Translations under genes and position numbers: made by a program
Shown here: one piece after another, positions 20,096 through 29,558 of the stretch
How positions within the stretch are numbered: the stretch's first letter is position 1
Layout of the letters: every line of letters starts with the position of its first letter
Source of the DNA: Gammaproteobacteria bacterium
GTDB lineage: Bacteria > Pseudomonadota > Gammaproteobacteria > JAJFKG01
Assembly (NCBI GenBank): GCA_965116795.1
Contig: OZ220716.1
Span: 1,514,503 to 1,578,502, forward strand
Reading direction: 5' to 3'
Length of the DNA: 64,000 nucleotides
Notes under the pieces: model-generated
What the model saw: only the letters and a program-made list of their open reading frames with translations
The model's database searches: none
Told to the model about the DNA's origin: nothing

Positions 20096-20626
20096 ATGAC
20101 ATTACAAAAAGAGTTAGAGCAAGCAGTTATACGAGTGACCGAAGACAGTCAAACACTGCATGAGATTGTGCATGGTGATGAACAGACGGTGGTATCCACC
20201 GAAGGGGGTGATGTTAGTTCGCCTGCCAAAGTCATCTTTGACATTGAACAACAGCTTCAGCAACAGTTAATCGATTTAAACGTGACCCTCAATGCACTGA
20301 ACGATGCGGTAGCCGAAGCACAAGGTTACGCTGATAACGCCGAGCAGCAAGCACAAACAGCAACGACTGCTGCAAACAGCACGAACTTTCCTGCTGATTT
20401 AACTGAGGGTGCGGGTAAGTTGTTGGCGGTCAATGAGAAAGAGAATGGCTACGTCCTAACGCAATCGAGTAACACCGTATATGGTTTTTTCAAAGACGGT
20501 GCCAAATTAAAAGTGCATATCAATGAAGAGCATTGTGATGTGAATGATGTTTTAACCTACTGCATTGCACCGGTAGGTATCGCTGTTGAAGTCGATGCGC
20601 GCGGACATCTATTGATAACCTGCTAG
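20096..20626 (+). CDS. Phage tail-associated hypothetical protein
   Basis: LHEIVHGD..VSTEGGDV motif plus coiled coil; co-oriented within the tail cluster. Confidence 0.55.
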   Translation: MTLQKELEQAVIRVTEDSQTLHEIVHGDEQTVVSTEGGDVSSPAKVIFDIEQQLQQQLIDLNVTLNALNDAVAEAQGYADNAEQQAQTATTAANSTNFPADLTEGAGKLLAVNEKENGYVLTQSSNTVYGFFKDGAKLKVHINEEHCDVNDVLTYCIAPVGIAVEVDARGHLLITC

Positions 20627-20654
20627 TGAGCAAACCAGTTAACACGAGGTCAGT

Positions 20655-22322
20655 ATGACAATTTTAGATTTAGGGAACATCCGCATGAATTGGTGCGGTG
20701 CATATGACAATGATACCACTTACGTGCGTGATGATGTCGTTTCTTATCATGGCTCAAGCTTTATTGCCAAACGTGATGTGACTGTTGGTATTACACCAGT
20801 TGTTGGCGATGACTGGGATATGTTAGCGGCAGGTACGCATCAATTGATTGAACAAGGCGACTTGTTAACGCATGATGGCAGTTCAACAATACGGCTACCG
20901 TGTGGTAACCCAGGGCAAGTGCTACACACCGGTGATAACCAACAACCGCAATGGCGTGATGTGGGATTGCCTCCTTCACAAGCGGTGTGGAAATTATCCG
21001 AGATTAATGGCTTAGGCGGCTGGTATACGCGTGTCTATCTCATGCGTGATGGCACGATTAAAGCGTGTGGCTTGGGGAGTAATCATGCCAATGGGGACCC
21101 TGTTGCGAAACACACCTACTTACCCAGTCGAGTAACGACCTTAAATAATGAGGTTCGCTTTGTCGCGGTGTATTCGGGGGGTCAGCAACACTATGCGCTA
21201 ACCCAAGAAGGTGATGTATGGTCATGGGGCTACAACAACTACGGCCAGTTAGGTCACGGCGATACCGCCAGTCGGGCGATTGCGCAGCGCATTGATTTTT
21301 TCTCCAACAATGACATCCAAATTAAACACATTGTCACCGGTCGGCCTAACTATTATGACTACGGGTGTGCTTTTTTCTTAACAACGCAAGGTGAAGTGTA
21401 TGCGTGTGGCTATAACAGTAACGGTAGTTTAGGTAATGGCACGGCGACGCATCAATATACACCGGTGCGCTGTGGGGCATTGACTAACATTGTGAGTTTA
21501 GCGGTATCGGGCCAAGCGTACAGTGTCTATGCCATCGATGAAGAGCAACAACTGTGGGTGTGGGGATGGAATGGGTATGGACAATTGGGGTTAGGTGATA
21601 CCACCGAACGTCATAGTCCTATCTTGCATCCCAGCTTGCATAACGTCACCAAAGCGGTGATTACCTGCGGTTATCAGACAGATGGCAAAATTGCTGTGGG
21701 TAATGGGTTAGTGTTATTAGACGATGGCACCCTGTGGTCAACGGGTTACAACGGTTATGGCCAGTTAGGGCATGGCGATACGACAACCCGCAACAGTTTC
21801 TCGCAAATCCAACATACAGCCACGTTTGTGGATATAGCTGCCGGCGATGGGCGATATCCCAGCTCAGCGGCTATCACCGATAAACGTGAGTTGTATCTGT
21901 GGGGATATAACGGTTACGGACAATTAGGCACAGGCAATACGTCGCATCAACATGCACCGACTAAACCGAGCACGGATTTCCAAGGCAACGTTGATAAAGT
22001 CTGTTTTGGGGGTGGTGCCAGTTATGAGGGCTGCATTGTACAAAGTGGTAATGCGTTATGGGCAGCTGGGTACAGTAACCGTGGCAACTTAGGGATTAGC
22101 TCCGTATCTAATGTCAACAATCGATTTGCTCAAGTGTTGGGGTTATCTGGTGAGATTGAAGACTGGGGGTGCTTCGGACAAGGTCAGGCAGATTGGGGAT
22201 TGGGGGTGCTCTACACCGATGGGCGTGTGGATGCGTGTGGGCACAATACGAGCTACGGTGCAACCGGCACTCAGAGTGGCAACTTGCACAATGTTATTGT
22301 CCTCAAGAATGTGATTTTTTAA
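20655..22322 (+). CDS. RCC1-repeat beta-propeller protein with tail-fibre-like N-terminus
   Basis: Repeated WSWGYNNYGQLGHGDT motif; N-terminal WCGAYDNDTTYVRDDVVSYHGSSFIA. Confidence 0.8.
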   Translation: MTILDLGNIRMNWCGAYDNDTTYVRDDVVSYHGSSFIAKRDVTVGITPVVGDDWDMLAAGTHQLIEQGDLLTHDGSSTIRLPCGNPGQVLHTGDNQQPQWRDVGLPPSQAVWKLSEINGLGGWYTRVYLMRDGTIKACGLGSNHANGDPVAKHTYLPSRVTTLNNEVRFVAVYSGGQQHYALTQEGDVWSWGYNNYGQLGHGDTASRAIAQRIDFFSNNDIQIKHIVTGRPNYYDYGCAFFLTTQGEVYACGYNSNGSLGNGTATHQYTPVRCGALTNIVSLAVSGQAYSVYAIDEEQQLWVWGWNGYGQLGLGDTTERHSPILHPSLHNVTKAVITCGYQTDGKIAVGNGLVLLDDGTLWSTGYNGYGQLGHGDTTTRNSFSQIQHTATFVDIAAGDGRYPSSAAITDKRELYLWGYNGYGQLGTGNTSHQHAPTKPSTDFQGNVDKVCFGGGASYEGCIVQSGNALWAAGYSNRGNLGISSVSNVNNRFAQVLGLSGEIEDWGCFGQGQADWGLGVLYTDGRVDACGHNTSYGATGTQSGNLHNVIVLKNVIF

Positions 22323-22339
22323 CAAGGATGAATGAAACC

Positions 22340-22849
22340 ATGACAGGTAGAATTAAATCGTATTTACTCAATTGGCAACCGCAGTTTACAGAAAGCACGG
22401 TGCCACCGATTTGTTTAGGCGACATCAATGGGCGAGTATATTATGCGTTTTCTCATGGAACAAAAATACCATCAGATGGCAAAACTGTCACAAAGAATGA
22501 GCATCAAGCATTAAAAGTTAACAGCGCATTGATACAACAAGTTAAAGCCGAAGCTAATCGACGCATCTTAAGTATTGCACCTTACTGGAAGCAAAATAAT
22601 GCGTTATCGGATTTATGTATATTGAATAACAAAGCTAATTTAACAGATGAAGAAACGTTACAATTAGATAATGCTAAACAATTGTGGGCAACCATTCAGT
22701 ATTTGCGTAAAAGCTCTAATGATATTGAAGCCGCGTTGTTGCAAGGAGAAGCTATTGATTATATGCAAGATACGGCTTGGGAAGAAGCGCAAGATAAAAA
22801 TAAAGTAAAAGAACAAAAGCAAGCACAACAATTCCAGGCAAAGTCATAA
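22340..22849 (+). CDS. Phage tail hypothetical protein (fibre-assembly-like)
   Basis: VKAEANRRILSIAPYWKQNN..IQYLRKSSNDIE; position in the tail cluster; start may be 22328. Confidence 0.55.
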   Translation: MTGRIKSYLLNWQPQFTESTVPPICLGDINGRVYYAFSHGTKIPSDGKTVTKNEHQALKVNSALIQQVKAEANRRILSIAPYWKQNNALSDLCILNNKANLTDEETLQLDNAKQLWATIQYLRKSSNDIEAALLQGEAIDYMQDTAWEEAQDKNKVKEQKQAQQFQAKS

Positions 22850-22853
22850 CATC

Positions 22854-23396
22854 GTGCCAGACCCAACACTTAGCCAAGCTATACAAGAAGCGTATGCCTC
22901 ATCACCCAGTGATGTTGTCATACTGCACACATTAGAGCTACGCCATCCTAAATTTCTTGATGAAGACGGTAGCTTGATGGCAATTAGACTTGTCAGGGAT
23001 TATCAGAACTTAGAGGCTAAGCTTGAAGAAGAGGCACCACTCAACGCAAACGAAGTTGTGACATTCATTGCGATGAATTTTGATTTGAGCTTGCCAACGG
23101 TAGATACAGCGCCGGTACCCGAGATTACCGTGACCATTGACAACGTTAGCGGCGAATTAATGAAGCACTTGGATGCTGCCGTTGATAGTGGTGATAAAAT
23201 TGAAGTGACGTATCGCCCGTATTTAAGTAACGATACCTCGACTCCACACATGGTGCCACCGATAACACTGGTGCTAAGCGATGTTGAAGCTGATGTCATG
23301 CGCATCGTAGGGCGTGCCAGAATGCTAGACATTGGCAACAAGCGGTTTCCAGCGGCCTGCTATACGTTAAGGCAATTTCCTGGCCTGGCACGGTAG
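22854..23396 (+). CDS. DUF1833-family phage tail protein
   Basis: IQEAYAS..VILHTLELRHP, ITVTIDNVS, VTYRPYLS, YTLRQFPGL. Confidence 0.8.
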   Translation: MPDPTLSQAIQEAYASSPSDVVILHTLELRHPKFLDEDGSLMAIRLVRDYQNLEAKLEEEAPLNANEVVTFIAMNFDLSLPTVDTAPVPEITVTIDNVSGELMKHLDAAVDSGDKIEVTYRPYLSNDTSTPHMVPPITLVLSDVEADVMRIVGRARMLDIGNKRFPAACYTLRQFPGLAR

Positions 23397-23445
23397 CGTA
23401 TCAACTAACACTTTCTTTTTTTATTCTGGAATAAGAGATTTCTCT

Positions 23446-23862
23446 ATGACCCATTGGGCGTGTCAGTATATTGGTTTGCTTTGGCAATCAGGTGGTAGAA
23501 ATAAAAATGGTTTTGATTGTTGGGGGCTGGTGAAGTATGTACAGCAAACACACTTTGATCGCACATTGCCTGATATTCCAGTCGATGCGGTTAACTTAAC
23601 ACAGGTGGCCAAAGCGTTTAAGCAACATCCTGAAAAGCAACGCTGGCAATTAACTGACAATCCTACTGAAGGGGATGCGGTATTATTACGTCAATCACGT
23701 TATCCGATTCACGTTGGTGTTTGGGTTGCAATAAACGCAACTGAACAAGGCGTACTGCATTGCGTGCAAAACAGTGGCGTGGTATTTCAAACCATTAACA
23801 GTTTGCACGTATCGGGTTGGCAGATTGAAGGCATTTATAAATTTCAAGGGAATTCACTGTAA
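23446..23862 (+). CDS. Phage tail NlpC/P60 peptidase (gpK-like)
   Basis: GGR..GFDCWGLV, HVGVW, VLHC. Confidence 0.85.
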   Translation: MTHWACQYIGLLWQSGGRNKNGFDCWGLVKYVQQTHFDRTLPDIPVDAVNLTQVAKAFKQHPEKQRWQLTDNPTEGDAVLLRQSRYPIHVGVWVAINATEQGVLHCVQNSGVVFQTINSLHVSGWQIEGIYKFQGNSL

Positions 23863-26123
23863 TGGCACACGTTGTTATTCTGCATAACCCGTTTTTGTGT
23901 GAGCGTGGGCGAGAAGTCGTTACTGTTGACCATCCTATTACCATTGCAACATGGCTAACGCAGACTAATGTGGTTACATTTGAATTACCGACAATTTGTT
24001 TGATCAACGGCAATGCATTGTTACGTCAAGATTGGCAAACGACAATGATACAGGCCAATGATGTTGTGACATTCATTACGTTACCACAAGGGGGCGGTGG
24101 TGGTGGCAGTAAAATCTTGCGCTCTGTATTAATGATTGCAGTGATGGTAGCGGCTCCTGCGATTGGGGGCGCTGTTGCTGCAGGACTTGGGATTACCAGC
24201 AGCATTGGTGTTGGGTTGGTGACAGCCGGTGTTGCTTTAGCCGGTACAGCTTTGGTGAATGTGTTAGTACCACCCCCAATGGCCTCCATCCATGGATTTG
24301 ATAACACACCGGCACCGAGTCCCACGTATTCATTGCAAGCCAGAGGCAATCAAGCCAGACTCAGCCAACCGATACCGGTGATTTACGGCAGGCACATTGT
24401 GTATCCTGATTTAGCTAGCACACCGTACTCTCATTACGCCAATAACGAACAATACCTCTATCAATTACATTGCATTGGTCAAGGCGAATATGACATTGAG
24501 ATTATTCGTATTGAGGACACGCCCATTAGTTCCTTTCAGGAAATCACCTATGAAGTGGTGCCACCTGGCAGTCACGTTACCTTATTTTCAGCAAATGTCA
24601 TTACCGCACCCGAAGTCGCGGGCCAAGAGCTGTTATCCACCGCTAATGGTGGCGGTTACGTTGGTGGCTTTGTGGTGAATCCGGCGGATACGGTTGCAAC
24701 AGAGTTGAGTATCGATATCATCATGCCACGTGGCCTTTACTATGCAAATGACAGTGGTGGTTTAGATGCACGCACTATAACCTGGATAGTTGAGGCAAGA
24801 CAAATTAATGATGAGGGTAATCCATTACAGGATTGGCAACGGCTTGGCAGTGAAACAATTACAGCCGCGACCAATACGCCACAACGGTTAACTTATCATT
24901 ACACAGTGGCACCGGGACGTTATGAAGTCAGAGCGCTTAGAACCAATAATAAAGACACGTCAGCCCGCAGTGGCAATGAATTACGTTGGGCGGGACTCAA
25001 AGCTACGCTCAATCAACGTGCTAATATGGGTAATGTTACCTTGCTCGCCATTAAAATGCGTGCCACCGATAACTTATCACAGCGTGCGTCGCGGTTAGTG
25101 AATTGCATTGTTACGCGTAAACTACCAACGTGGAATAACCAAACCGGTTGGAGTGCACCCAAGGCAACACGCTCGATTGCTTGGAGCTTAGCCGATATTG
25201 CAAAGGGTGAATACGGTGGTAACTTGCCAGACAGTCGCATTGATTTACAAGCATTAGCCAACTTAGATGTGATATGGCAACAGCGTAACGATTGTGTTGA
25301 TGTGGTATTTGACCAACCGATTACCGTGTGGGAAGCGATGATACGCGTTGCTCGTTGTGGGCGCGCAGTATGTTTTATGCAAACAGGAATTGTCAGATTT
25401 GTTAGAGATGAACCAAGAGAAATTCCCGTAGCCTTATTCTCACCACGTAATATTGTTAAACACAGTTTAAAAATCCACTACTTACTTGCAAGTGATGATA
25501 CCGCTGACAGTGTGATTGTCGAGTATTTCTGTAACCAAACTTGGCGACCGGATGAAGTGGAAGTGAGCCTACCCAATAGTACCAGTGAACAACCAGCAAG
25601 AGTGAGATTATTAGGCTGCACTGATAAAGAGCAAGCAATACGTGAAGGCAAATACATGGCAGCGACGAATCACTATCGCAGACGACTCGTAACTTTTCAG
25701 ACGGAGCTAGAGGGACTAATTCCAACCTATGGCGATTTAATTGCGATTACGCACGATATGCCATCTTGGGGTCAAGGCGCTGAAGTTGTTAGCGTTGAAG
25801 GTAACACGTTAACTTTATCGGAGCCACTCATCTGGGATGAAGATAAACTTAACGAACACGTCATCGGGCTTCGCAGACAAGATGGCAGTGTCAGTGGCAC
25901 GTATCAAGTATTACCTGGCAGCAACGCTAATCAAGTCATCATTCAAGGTGACTTTGATTTTCAACCCTATACCGGAGAATCACAAGAGCGTACACATGTT
26001 GCTTTTGGTGTTGGCAATGAGTGGAGTACATTGGCTCGTGTTACCGCTGTGCGTCCCCGAGGCGATGTGATTGAAATCAGTGCCGTTACCGAACACCCTG
26101 CCGTGCATACGGCTGATGCATAA
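23862..26123 (+). CDS. Phage tail tip / host-specificity protein (gpI+gpJ-like)
   Basis: Ubiquitin-like N-terminus ending LPQGGG, PIPVIYGRH, CIGQGEY, GRYEVRALR, TRSIAW, GDLIAITHD. Confidence 0.85.
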   Translation: MAHVVILHNPFLCERGREVVTVDHPITIATWLTQTNVVTFELPTICLINGNALLRQDWQTTMIQANDVVTFITLPQGGGGGGSKILRSVLMIAVMVAAPAIGGAVAAGLGITSSIGVGLVTAGVALAGTALVNVLVPPPMASIHGFDNTPAPSPTYSLQARGNQARLSQPIPVIYGRHIVYPDLASTPYSHYANNEQYLYQLHCIGQGEYDIEIIRIEDTPISSFQEITYEVVPPGSHVTLFSANVITAPEVAGQELLSTANGGGYVGGFVVNPADTVATELSIDIIMPRGLYYANDSGGLDARTITWIVEARQINDEGNPLQDWQRLGSETITAATNTPQRLTYHYTVAPGRYEVRALRTNNKDTSARSGNELRWAGLKATLNQRANMGNVTLLAIKMRATDNLSQRASRLVNCIVTRKLPTWNNQTGWSAPKATRSIAWSLADIAKGEYGGNLPDSRIDLQALANLDVIWQQRNDCVDVVFDQPITVWEAMIRVARCGRAVCFMQTGIVRFVRDEPREIPVALFSPRNIVKHSLKIHYLLASDDTADSVIVEYFCNQTWRPDEVEVSLPNSTSEQPARVRLLGCTDKEQAIREGKYMAATNHYRRRLVTFQTELEGLIPTYGDLIAITHDMPSWGQGAEVVSVEGNTLTLSEPLIWDEDKLNEHVIGLRRQDGSVSGTYQVLPGSNANQVIIQGDFDFQPYTGESQERTHVAFGVGNEWSTLARVTAVRPRGDVIEISAVTEHPAVHTADA

Positions 26124-26191
26124 CATTTAATTCATTTATTTTTTTCAATCCGATTTTATTTAACTTAACTTTGCAACAGAGGAAAATCACT

Positions 26192-26494
26192 ATGGAAATC
26201 AAAAAAGCTAAATCATCTGATGAAGGTATCAAATTATCACAAGCCGAACTTGATGAATTAATTGAAAAAGCCTCAGCACGGGGCGCACGCAAAGCACTTA
26301 TTGAAATGGGCTTGATGGATGATACGGTTAATGACTTGCGTACACTGCGAGGATTAGCAAAAACCCTCAAGACAATGCAGTACACGTTTGTGCAAACAAT
26401 GGTGCGTTGGCTAACCATTGGCATGTTGGTGCTGTTTTTCGCTGGGATTTCTGGGAAGTTGGATTCATTGTTCCATTTAAACAATGGTAAATAA
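26192..26494 (+). CDS. Phage membrane protein (DUF6127-like, holin-adjacent)
   Basis: ELIEKASARGARKALIEMGL..DLRTLRGL plus one C-terminal TM segment. Confidence 0.6.
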   Translation: MEIKKAKSSDEGIKLSQAELDELIEKASARGARKALIEMGLMDDTVNDLRTLRGLAKTLKTMQYTFVQTMVRWLTIGMLVLFFAGISGKLDSLFHLNNGK

Positions 26495-26506
26495 ATAAGG
26501 AATAAA

Positions 26507-26974
26507 ATGATGGTAACCTTACTAGCCACATTTGTCGGTTTTATTTCTTCAGCTTTCCCAGATGTTTTAAAGCTCGTTAGGGATAGAGCTGATAGGAAAC
26601 ACGAGCTTGCTATTCTTGATAGGCAGCTTGAAGCGCAACGCGAAGGCCATGCTCAACGCTTAGAAGAAATCCAAATTCAAGCTGATATGACTGAGAGCAA
26701 AGCGCTGTATCAACATGCCAGCCTTCCAAGTCACGTAAAGTGGGTCGAAGCCCTGCGTGCATCGGTTAGGCCCGTCATCACGTATGCATTCTTTGCCTTG
26801 TTTGTGTTTGTTAAAGTGATGGCATTAATTGCATTACCGCAACAAGGATTCACAATAGTAGACAGTGTGTTAACGATTTGGGATGAAGAGACGCAAGCTT
26901 TATTTGCCGCTGTCATGGCATTTTGGTTTGGCAGCAGGAGCGTCACAAAATCTCGTCAATTACATCACTTATAA
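26507..26974 (+). CDS. Putative holin (GTA 3TM-holin-like)
   Basis: DRKHEL, LRASVRPVITY, AVMAFWFGSR; hydrophobic segments; precedes the lysozyme. Confidence 0.7.
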   Translation: MMVTLLATFVGFISSAFPDVLKLVRDRADRKHELAILDRQLEAQREGHAQRLEEIQIQADMTESKALYQHASLPSHVKWVEALRASVRPVITYAFFALFVFVKVMALIALPQQGFTIVDSVLTIWDEETQALFAAVMAFWFGSRSVTKSRQLHHL

Positions 26975-27232
26975 CTGCACGAATATCTCATTATAAAAGT
27001 CTCTCCTTGAGTTTGGCAACAAGCGTCTAATGTTGGCTTTTATTACCTTTTTTATCTGTTAAGCCTTAATCCTCTGGCTTATGATTTAACGCCACAACGT
27101 CAATTATCTCAGCCACATTAATTGCCTTTGCATCAGCGATAACTGCTGAAAATAACAGTTGTTTTGACTGGCTATACCGCACAACTGGAGCATTACTTAT
27201 CACACCTTGAAAAATAAAGAAGGATTATCACA

Positions 27233-27532
27233 ATGTCAACAGATATTGAAAATCGCACGCCAGTCATTTTCTATATTAATAACACCCGCTGTAATGATGA
27301 TGAGCTGCGACTCTTGCTAACTAACTTTGAAATGATACTGCAATATGTGGCTAATTTTAAAAACACAGTATTTAGGTTTGACTTCAAATGTTCAATGCCA
27401 TTACACAGTTTGTTATTTCCATTTCATTTAACCATGAAGCGCTATCGCCTTGATAGCAGATGGCAATGGTATGGCACGTTTAAACATTGTAGCGGTTTGA
27501 AGCAATTGCAGGTTATGGGGATTTTATTATGA
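27233..27532 (+). CDS. Hypothetical protein between holin and endolysin
   Basis: 99-aa ORF with AAGGA RBS and ATGA overlap with the lysozyme; no recognised motif. Confidence 0.35.
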   Translation: MSTDIENRTPVIFYINNTRCNDDELRLLLTNFEMILQYVANFKNTVFRFDFKCSMPLHSLLFPFHLTMKRYRLDSRWQWYGTFKHCSGLKQLQVMGILL

Positions 27533-28077
27533 TACGACACATTAGTGAAAACGGATTGTCATTGATAAAACAGTCTGAAGGGTTCTCGTCAACAGTGTAT
27601 CGTTGTCCTGCTGGTTATCCCACAATTGGTTATGGTCACGTGCTTAAACCAGATGAACATTTTGAAGATGGCATTGATGAGCAACAAGCAGAAATATTAT
27701 TGCGTCGTGATGTACAAGTAGCGGAGCGTGCAGTGTTGCATTTGATTAATGTGCCGCTGACCGATGGTGAATTTGATGCGTTAACATCGTTTACATTTAA
27801 TTTGGGTGCGGGGGCATTACAACGCTCAACGTTGCGGCGTAAGGTGAATAGGCAAGAGCACGATGACGTGCCAGCGGAATTTGTAAAATGGGTGTATGCT
27901 AGGGGGCGGAAATTACCAGGCCTGGTGAAGCGAAGACGACTTGAGGCGATGCTGTACCGGGATACATTTTTTTTGAACAACACGATTAACATTCGCAGTC
28001 AATTGATAACGTTCAAGCGTAAAAGTGTTATTATCTCAGCAACAAAAACAACTGGCCAATTATTATTGACCAGCTGA
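27529..28077 (+). CDS. Phage endolysin, GH24 lysozyme
   Basis: GLSLIKQSEG..YRCPAGYPTIGYGH, FDALTSFTFNLG, LPGLVKRR. Confidence 0.92.
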   Translation: MIRHISENGLSLIKQSEGFSSTVYRCPAGYPTIGYGHVLKPDEHFEDGIDEQQAEILLRRDVQVAERAVLHLINVPLTDGEFDALTSFTFNLGAGALQRSTLRRKVNRQEHDDVPAEFVKWVYARGRKLPGLVKRRRLEAMLYRDTFFLNNTINIRSQLITFKRKSVIISATKTTGQLLLTS

Positions 28078-28125
28078 CTAACATAGTGTGTTAACGTTAT
28101 GTGTTTCAGTTGTTCAACGTTACGT

Positions 28126-28515
28126 TTACATCAAGTGGTAGTGATGTAATTCTTCATCATCGATATCCGGCTTAGGCAGTTGCGCTAAATCCCGCTCGAA
28201 TTCTTCACGCAACCAGAAATTCCGTTGTGCTTCGCCAAGGTCATTATAGCCAACGTGAGCGTAATCATTTACGCCGTGCCAACTTGCATCCAAAAACTCG
28301 TCCAGCGCAGGCAGGTGATAAAATACTTTGTGACAGACTTTGGTGTGCATGGGGCCATACCGTCTTGCCCGCATCCGTGCTAACGTCGATGTGCTCACGC
28401 CAATATACCTGGCGGCGTCTTTCGCTGTCAGACGCCCATCGGGCGTTGCAGTAACTGTGACATGGTGAATATTGGGGTGGGTTGTTGTGTCGATTTGCAA
28501 ATTACAGTCGTTCAT
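28126..28515 (-). CDS. HTH DNA-binding protein (excisionase/AlpA-like)
   Basis: LTAKDAARYIGVSTSTLARMR..GP..KVFY..LDEFL; GGGAG RBS. Confidence 0.7.
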   Translation of the reverse strand: MNDCNLQIDTTTHPNIHHVTVTATPDGRLTAKDAARYIGVSTSTLARMRARRYGPMHTKVCHKVFYHLPALDEFLDASWHGVNDYAHVGYNDLGEAQRNFWLREEFERDLAQLPKPDIDDEELHHYHLM

Positions 28516-29558
28516 GACGAGATACTCCCTGTATAAAATTAATAAAATGACCGTGCTCGCAACAGGTTGTCAGCCAAGCTTGTGAGCACAGTCGACCAAA
28601 AGAGGCAAAACAGTATTATTTTATTGTTAACGTCAGCCTTGATTTTACCCTCATAAACTCAGGTTTAAACCAAAATAGCGTTTATTAGAATGCAGTCATT
28701 ATATCAAAAAGACCCTATAAATCAAGTGTTTTTTGCAATTTCCTAAATAAATTTTATGCCACAGTTTTTATTTTACCCCTATTTTTATAGGACTTTTCGG
28801 TATTTCTATGTTGGCGCGTTAACAGGATGAAATGATGTCATTGCCTGAAAGTGTGAGCGTATCGGCGGCATTGGCATGATAGTCTGTGTGCTCGTTATTG
28901 CATTGAGTGTAAGGTAGCCTCTATAATCTCGTATTATCTCATTTGCCAAACAAGTGGCCAAGGATACGTTAAGGCAGGTAGTCTTTGTGAGATAAAGCAA
29001 AGCGTGATGGGCTGGATAAGATTATGTCATTAATCCTGTCTGCTATCCTAACGCTTCAATTAGTCATAAATAAGTACAATCTAATTACATAACAAGATAA
29101 CAACACAATCATAATAAACAACACTAAAGCAAACGTAGTGTTGCTACCCTAAGCAAAGTTAAGATGGTCAAACAAGGAGTTGTCTGTGTTGATGGTATAT
29201 CAGTTATGCGCTGCAAGTAGGATTTTTCCTGACTTTCTTCAATGGGGTGGTAACGCCGAGTTTACTGTTAGTTGGCGCTCTTATTTTTTATTACGTATTC
29301 TTCAGTTATTTCACAGTCTGACTTTATTGACACCGCTTACTTGTGTCGCTGCAAGGGGTTGGGTTTTTGAGTGGTTTACATCACGGAAGTTCTGCGTGTG
29401 GCAGCTTTTAAGGAGGCTGGAGGGCGTGGATCATGCGGTCAAGTATTGTGTGCTAAGTTTTTGGGGCGTGCTTCCCCAGCCCGCCACCCATCCGTTAACG
29501 GCAAGGGCAGGGGTTAAGATTGGATTTTTTGTTTTAGGTAAAGGGAGAGCAAAGCGTT

